IMG/VR virus record: IMGVR_UViG_3300006904_000002
Length of the DNA stretch: 43,063 bases
Origin: a virus
Direction: 5' to 3' (one strand)
Shown here: positions 39,511-43,063 of the stretch, one piece after another
Layout of the letters: each line of letters starts with the position of its first letter
How positions within the stretch are numbered: the stretch's first letter is position 1
Translations under genes and position numbers: made by a program
The notes under the pieces: model-generated
Database searches by the model: none
Seen by the model: the letters and a program-made list of their open reading frames with translations, nothing else
What the model was told of the DNA's origin: nothing

Positions 39511-41374
39511 TATTGTACCATACAACAAGCAAACTACATTACGTAGTGCCAACTCACCAAACAAAAGTTCTTACGAATTTGATTATGGTGATAGTGACTC
39601 GATGTGTGTACAATGGCTAAAGAAGATTGAAGACACATTAAGATGGCGTAGAAGTAACTTTGATAAAGATTGGAAGAGAGCATATGAAATGTACAACGGC
39701 GTACATTGGAGGGATGTAGTAGAAACTGACCCTAGTTCAGATCAAGCAAGAGATAGGATTACAGTCAACATTACAATGTCCAATGTTCTATCAATTGTTC
39801 CATTTCTCATTTCAAATAAACCTAAATTTGTTTGTAAACCTCGTAAACCAGAAAAAGATAAAGTTGCTCAACTTCAGTCAGAAATACTTAATTATGAATA
39901 TGAGCAGCGTAGAATGCACAAGCAAGTTAAGTCTGCTGCTTATGATTGTGTAGAGATAGGTCATGGAATTGTCAAAGTTGGTTATGCTTTAGAGATTGAC
40001 AAATCCAAATTTAAATCAGATAAGAGCATTCAATATGAATCTTATATCAAGGAAGATGCACCATACATCAAGCGTATTTGCCCTTTTTATTTCCTTATTG
40101 ATCCGTGCGCTTCGGAGAACAATATCGAGACTGCGGAATGGGTATGTGAAATATTCTTCAAATCGAAAAGAGATTTATGTGCGAATACGAAATACGATCA
40201 AGCGGTAATCAAGAAAATTAAGAGTGGTTTCTATAGCCCAGGAACTAAGAAAACTATATATGATTCACTCAGCGATGCTAATGTTGCTACTGCTAATGAT
40301 TCATACGGTACAGACGACAAACTTAGTTATGATGACGACGATGATATAGTACTTTATGAATTATGGTCTAAGAGAAATAAAAAGTATTATATTCTTTGTA
40401 GTAATGTTAAAGAGCCTCTTTTAGAAAAAGATTGGCCATTTGATTACATTGACAACTTCCCTTATATCAAAGTTGATTATATACCTATTCAAGATTGCTT
40501 GTATGGTGTAGGTCTACCTTATACAATTGAAGATCAGCAATTTGAACTTAATAGAGTTAGGACATCTGCATTTGAGCATAGACGACGTTTTAATAGAAAG
40601 TATACTGCAATTGAGAACTCAATTTCAGAAGCAGAAGCAAATAAATTAGTTAATGGCCCTGATGGTACTGTAATATTTGTTAAACAACAAAATGCAGTTA
40701 CTCCAATTCAAGAAGCTAATCTCACTCAAGATCATTATGCAGTAGAAGGAATGATTAAAGATGATGTTCGTAACTTAACTGGAAATGATAACTTAATTCA
40801 AGGTGGTAATCTTCCATCTCGTACCACTTCAGGAGAAGTTCAAACAAGAACTAACTTATTCAGACTAAAACTTGATGATAGAGCAGAATCAATAGATAAC
40901 TTCATTTTAGATATAGCTATACAAGTTCTTCAACATATAAAGAATAATTATAACACAGATAGACTTATTGCTCTTGTTGGACTTGAAGGTATTAATTGGG
41001 AAAAGCTATCTGCTGAAGATATTAAAGAAGAGATGGATGTGTCAATGGAGTCTGTTGCTGCTCCTAAGATTGATCCGATGGTTGACAGACAGCAAAGAGT
41101 AGCAATATGGCAACAGTCAATGCAAGCACTTCCACTTATTCAAGCTGGACTTCTTAAAATAGATTTTAATCAATTATTTGCTTGGGTAATGGAATCATTT
41201 GGATACAAAGACATTGGTAGATTCTTTGACTTTGACTTAGTTGTACAACCACCTTTGCAACAAGTTGACGCTCAATCACAGCAACAGCCTACAATATCTT
41301 CACCTAACTTAGAAGATCAATCACAAATAGGCAATCCAATGTCCCAACTTGGTGGACTTAGTGGAGGTTACTAA
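39500..41374 (+). CDS. Portal protein
   Basis: About 624-aa ORF right after the terL block and before the scaffold/capsid genes. ATG 39500 is preferred over the TTG at 39479. Confidence 0.65.
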   Translation: MNANIVPYNKQTTLRSANSPNKSSYEFDYGDSDSMCVQWLKKIEDTLRWRRSNFDKDWKRAYEMYNGVHWRDVVETDPSSDQARDRITVNITMSNVLSIVPFLISNKPKFVCKPRKPEKDKVAQLQSEILNYEYEQRRMHKQVKSAAYDCVEIGHGIVKVGYALEIDKSKFKSDKSIQYESYIKEDAPYIKRICPFYFLIDPCASENNIETAEWVCEIFFKSKRDLCANTKYDQAVIKKIKSGFYSPGTKKTIYDSLSDANVATANDSYGTDDKLSYDDDDDIVLYELWSKRNKKYYILCSNVKEPLLEKDWPFDYIDNFPYIKVDYIPIQDCLYGVGLPYTIEDQQFELNRVRTSAFEHRRRFNRKYTAIENSISEAEANKLVNGPDGTVIFVKQQNAVTPIQEANLTQDHYAVEGMIKDDVRNLTGNDNLIQGGNLPSRTTSGEVQTRTNLFRLKLDDRAESIDNFILDIAIQVLQHIKNNYNTDRLIALVGLEGINWEKLSAEDIKEEMDVSMESVAAPKIDPMVDRQQRVAIWQQSMQALPLIQAGLLKIDFNQLFAWVMESFGYKDIGRFFDFDLVVQPPLQQVDAQSQQQPTISSPNLEDQSQIGNPMSQLGGLSGGY

Positions 41375-41763
41375 TGCCTTTATTTGATGTTCAATGTCCA
41401 GCTTGTTTTAATGTTAAAGAAACTATTATTAACAATTGTCCTGATAATTTCAAGGTAAATGAATTTTGTTTTAATTGTAATCAATTATTGGATTTGGACA
41501 TTCTTCCACCACTTACAGCAATGCAGCCAGATAATATGTGGTTTGGTAAACAAACTAACTTAGGCTACTTTAATAGTAAAAAAGAATACAAAGATTATAT
41601 AAAAAATAATAACTTAGAAAGAGCAACAAGAGATAATTACGAATCTGCACAAAAGAATCAATCTAAAAGATTTGAAACTGTTGCTCAAAAGAATAAAGAA
41701 AATCTAAATAAATTTATAGAGAAAGAGATTGTACATACAATAGACTTACCAGAAGGAACTTAA
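41374..41763 (+). CDS. Zinc-ribbon protein (FmdB-like N-terminus)
   Basis: MPLFDVQCPAC...CFNC. Start/stop overlap with the portal gene. Confidence 0.45.
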   Translation: MPLFDVQCPACFNVKETIINNCPDNFKVNEFCFNCNQLLDLDILPPLTAMQPDNMWFGKQTNLGYFNSKKEYKDYIKNNNLERATRDNYESAQKNQSKRFETVAQKNKENLNKFIEKEIVHTIDLPEGT

Positions 41764-41764
41764 T

Positions 41765-42583
41765 ATGAACGTACAACCAGCAGCGACACCTAATGGACAG
41801 ACTCAACAACCTAGTTTGCAACTTACTGAGTCTACACTATTCAATGCTAATCCATCAGAGCTTGACTTCGTATTTAACGAAGAGTCAGGCAATTTTATGT
41901 TGGATTTCAAGAAACCCCAGCAGACTAATCAGCCTGACTTGACCAAAGTTACTGAAGGAGCGAATCAGCCTGATCCTCAGCAACAGTCTGCTCCACAATA
42001 CGAAGACAGATTTAGTCGCATTGAAGGTGCATTAATTAACTTAGCTGGTGTACTTCAAGGTATGCAAGGTTCACAGACTCCACAACAAACTCAACAGACA
42101 GATCAGCAACAGCCTACTCTTGATGTTCAGTCTGAAGACTTTGCAAGTAACTTGGTTAATATAATTAATCAATCTATTGAAAAGAAGTTTTCTCAATTTG
42201 AAGAGAAACTTAAACCACTTAATTCTGATATTGCTAAAGTTAATGAAAGACTTACACTTACTGATCTTGTCACTAAGTATGGTGAAGATTTCGTTAAAAA
42301 GTATCCAGCAATACTAGAATACAAGGCAAGTGATCCTAATGTTAATGTGGAGAAACTTTATCTAGCAATGGCTAAAGTTGCTCCTAAACAACAAATGGAT
42401 AGCACTAGCCAAGCAACTAATGGGTCTAGTAACGGACAGCCACAAGTTGACCTACTTAAGAAAGCAGATCAAATGGAAACAGTACGTAATGGAAATCCTA
42501 ATCCTTTGGTTGGAGATAAACCAAATGCTAAGATGTCCATTCAACAAGCTGTTGAAAAATCACTTAGTGAATTGTTTACATAG
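41765..42583 (+). CDS. Scaffolding protein
   Basis: Q-rich N-terminal half and helical, charged C-terminal half. Lies immediately upstream of the capsid gene. Confidence 0.55.
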   Translation: MNVQPAATPNGQTQQPSLQLTESTLFNANPSELDFVFNEESGNFMLDFKKPQQTNQPDLTKVTEGANQPDPQQQSAPQYEDRFSRIEGALINLAGVLQGMQGSQTPQQTQQTDQQQPTLDVQSEDFASNLVNIINQSIEKKFSQFEEKLKPLNSDIAKVNERLTLTDLVTKYGEDFVKKYPAILEYKASDPNVNVEKLYLAMAKVAPKQQMDSTSQATNGSSNGQPQVDLLKKADQMETVRNGNPNPLVGDKPNAKMSIQQAVEKSLSELFT

Positions 42584-42596
42584 AGGAAACTAAATA

Positions 42597-43063
42597 ATGA
42601 GTAATCCAAATTTTGATACCCTAGTTTCCCACACTCTTAAGAACTATAGAGGTCAGCTTGCAGATAACATTACTAACCATCAAGTCTTGTGGATGCAGTT
42701 GAAAGAGCGTGGGTTTATTCGAGAAGATGAAGGCGGTACAAGTATCGTTGAAACTCTTCTCATTGAGCGTAATAGCACAGTCAAGTCATATAGTGGATAT
42801 GACATTATTGACACATCACCACAGGGTGGATTTACTGCTGCTGAGTTTGATTGGAAACAGGTAGCAGGTTCAGTTACAATTAGTGGTGAAGAAGAGTTTA
42901 AGAACTCTGGTTCAAAGACCAAAGTTATTAATCTTCTTCAGTCTAAGATTACACAGCTTGAACTTAGTATGATGTTGGAGATTAACCGTCAATTGCAAGC
43001 TGATGGTACTGGTAATGGTGGAAAAGATATTACTGGTCTTGGTCTTGCGGTTGAAGACGGTGC
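42597..43063 (+). CDS. Major capsid protein, N-terminal part (runs off the window end; continues at 121..649)
   Basis: ATG 42597 with a GAGGAA SD. No stop before the window end, so it is absent from the ORF track. In frame with 26..649 across the overlap. Confidence 0.7.
   Translation, partial: MSNPNFDTLVSHTLKNYRGQLADNITNHQVLWMQLKERGFIREDEGGTSIVETLLIERNSTVKSYSGYDIIDTSPQGGFTAAEFDWKQVAGSVTISGEEEFKNSGSKTKVINLLQSKITQLELSMMLEINRQLQADGTGNGGKDITGLGLAVEDG
42944..43063. repeat. Terminal direct repeat, copy 2 (identical to 1-120)
   Basis: Base-by-base comparison. Confidence 0.95.

Overview
The window is a complete, end-overlapped genome of an AT-rich tailed dsDNA phage. Bases 1-120 are identical to 42944-43063, so the unit length is 42,943 bp and the linearisation point cuts the major capsid gene. 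Gene content is podovirus-like. There is no tape measure, tube or sheath. There is a T7-like trio of large internal/ejection proteins, a family-A DNA polymerase and a gp4-like primase-helicase, but no phage RNA polymerase. Near-consensus sigma70-type promoters are present instead.

Two transcription arms diverge from an 860-bp non-coding control region (34878-35737) and converge on a perfect 26-nt bidirectional terminator palindrome (13897-13922).

- Plus arm (35738 -> junction -> 13911): terS-like gene, a promoter-equipped outer-membrane beta-barrel moron, terL, a micro-ORF, a SAM methyltransferase, portal, a Zn-ribbon protein, scaffold, capsid, a decoration-like protein, a GT-A glycosyltransferase, an adaptor-like protein, an HNH-AP2 endonuclease, tail proteins, three ejection-type proteins, an FN3 protein, a fibre-like protein and two small membrane proteins.
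- Minus arm (34877 -> 13932): about 25 small early ORFs, then Endo VII, a Cas4-like nuclease, an Hjc-like nuclease, a ParB-like gene bracketed by two LAGLIDADG endonucleases, a Pol-beta-type nucleotidyltransferase, a broken or frameshifted PC4-like gene, primase-helicase, PolA plus an HNH-like gene, a gp32-like SSB and two XRE-type HTH proteins.

I found no tRNA, rRNA, CRISPR array, integrase, reverse transcriptase or recognisable endolysin.

Best leads:
1. A start-less PC4-like open frame lying +1 to its upstream ORF.
2. G+C-rich structured non-coding islands at 30969-31194, 32709-32819 and 35371-35530.
3. Modification enzymes (glycosyltransferase, methyltransferase) embedded in the morphogenesis module, next to an S/T-rich decoration protein.
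4. A secreted beta-barrel moron and a Tat-signal mini-protein.
5. A small nucleotidyltransferase.

All functional calls come from motif recognition by eye. No database search was run.
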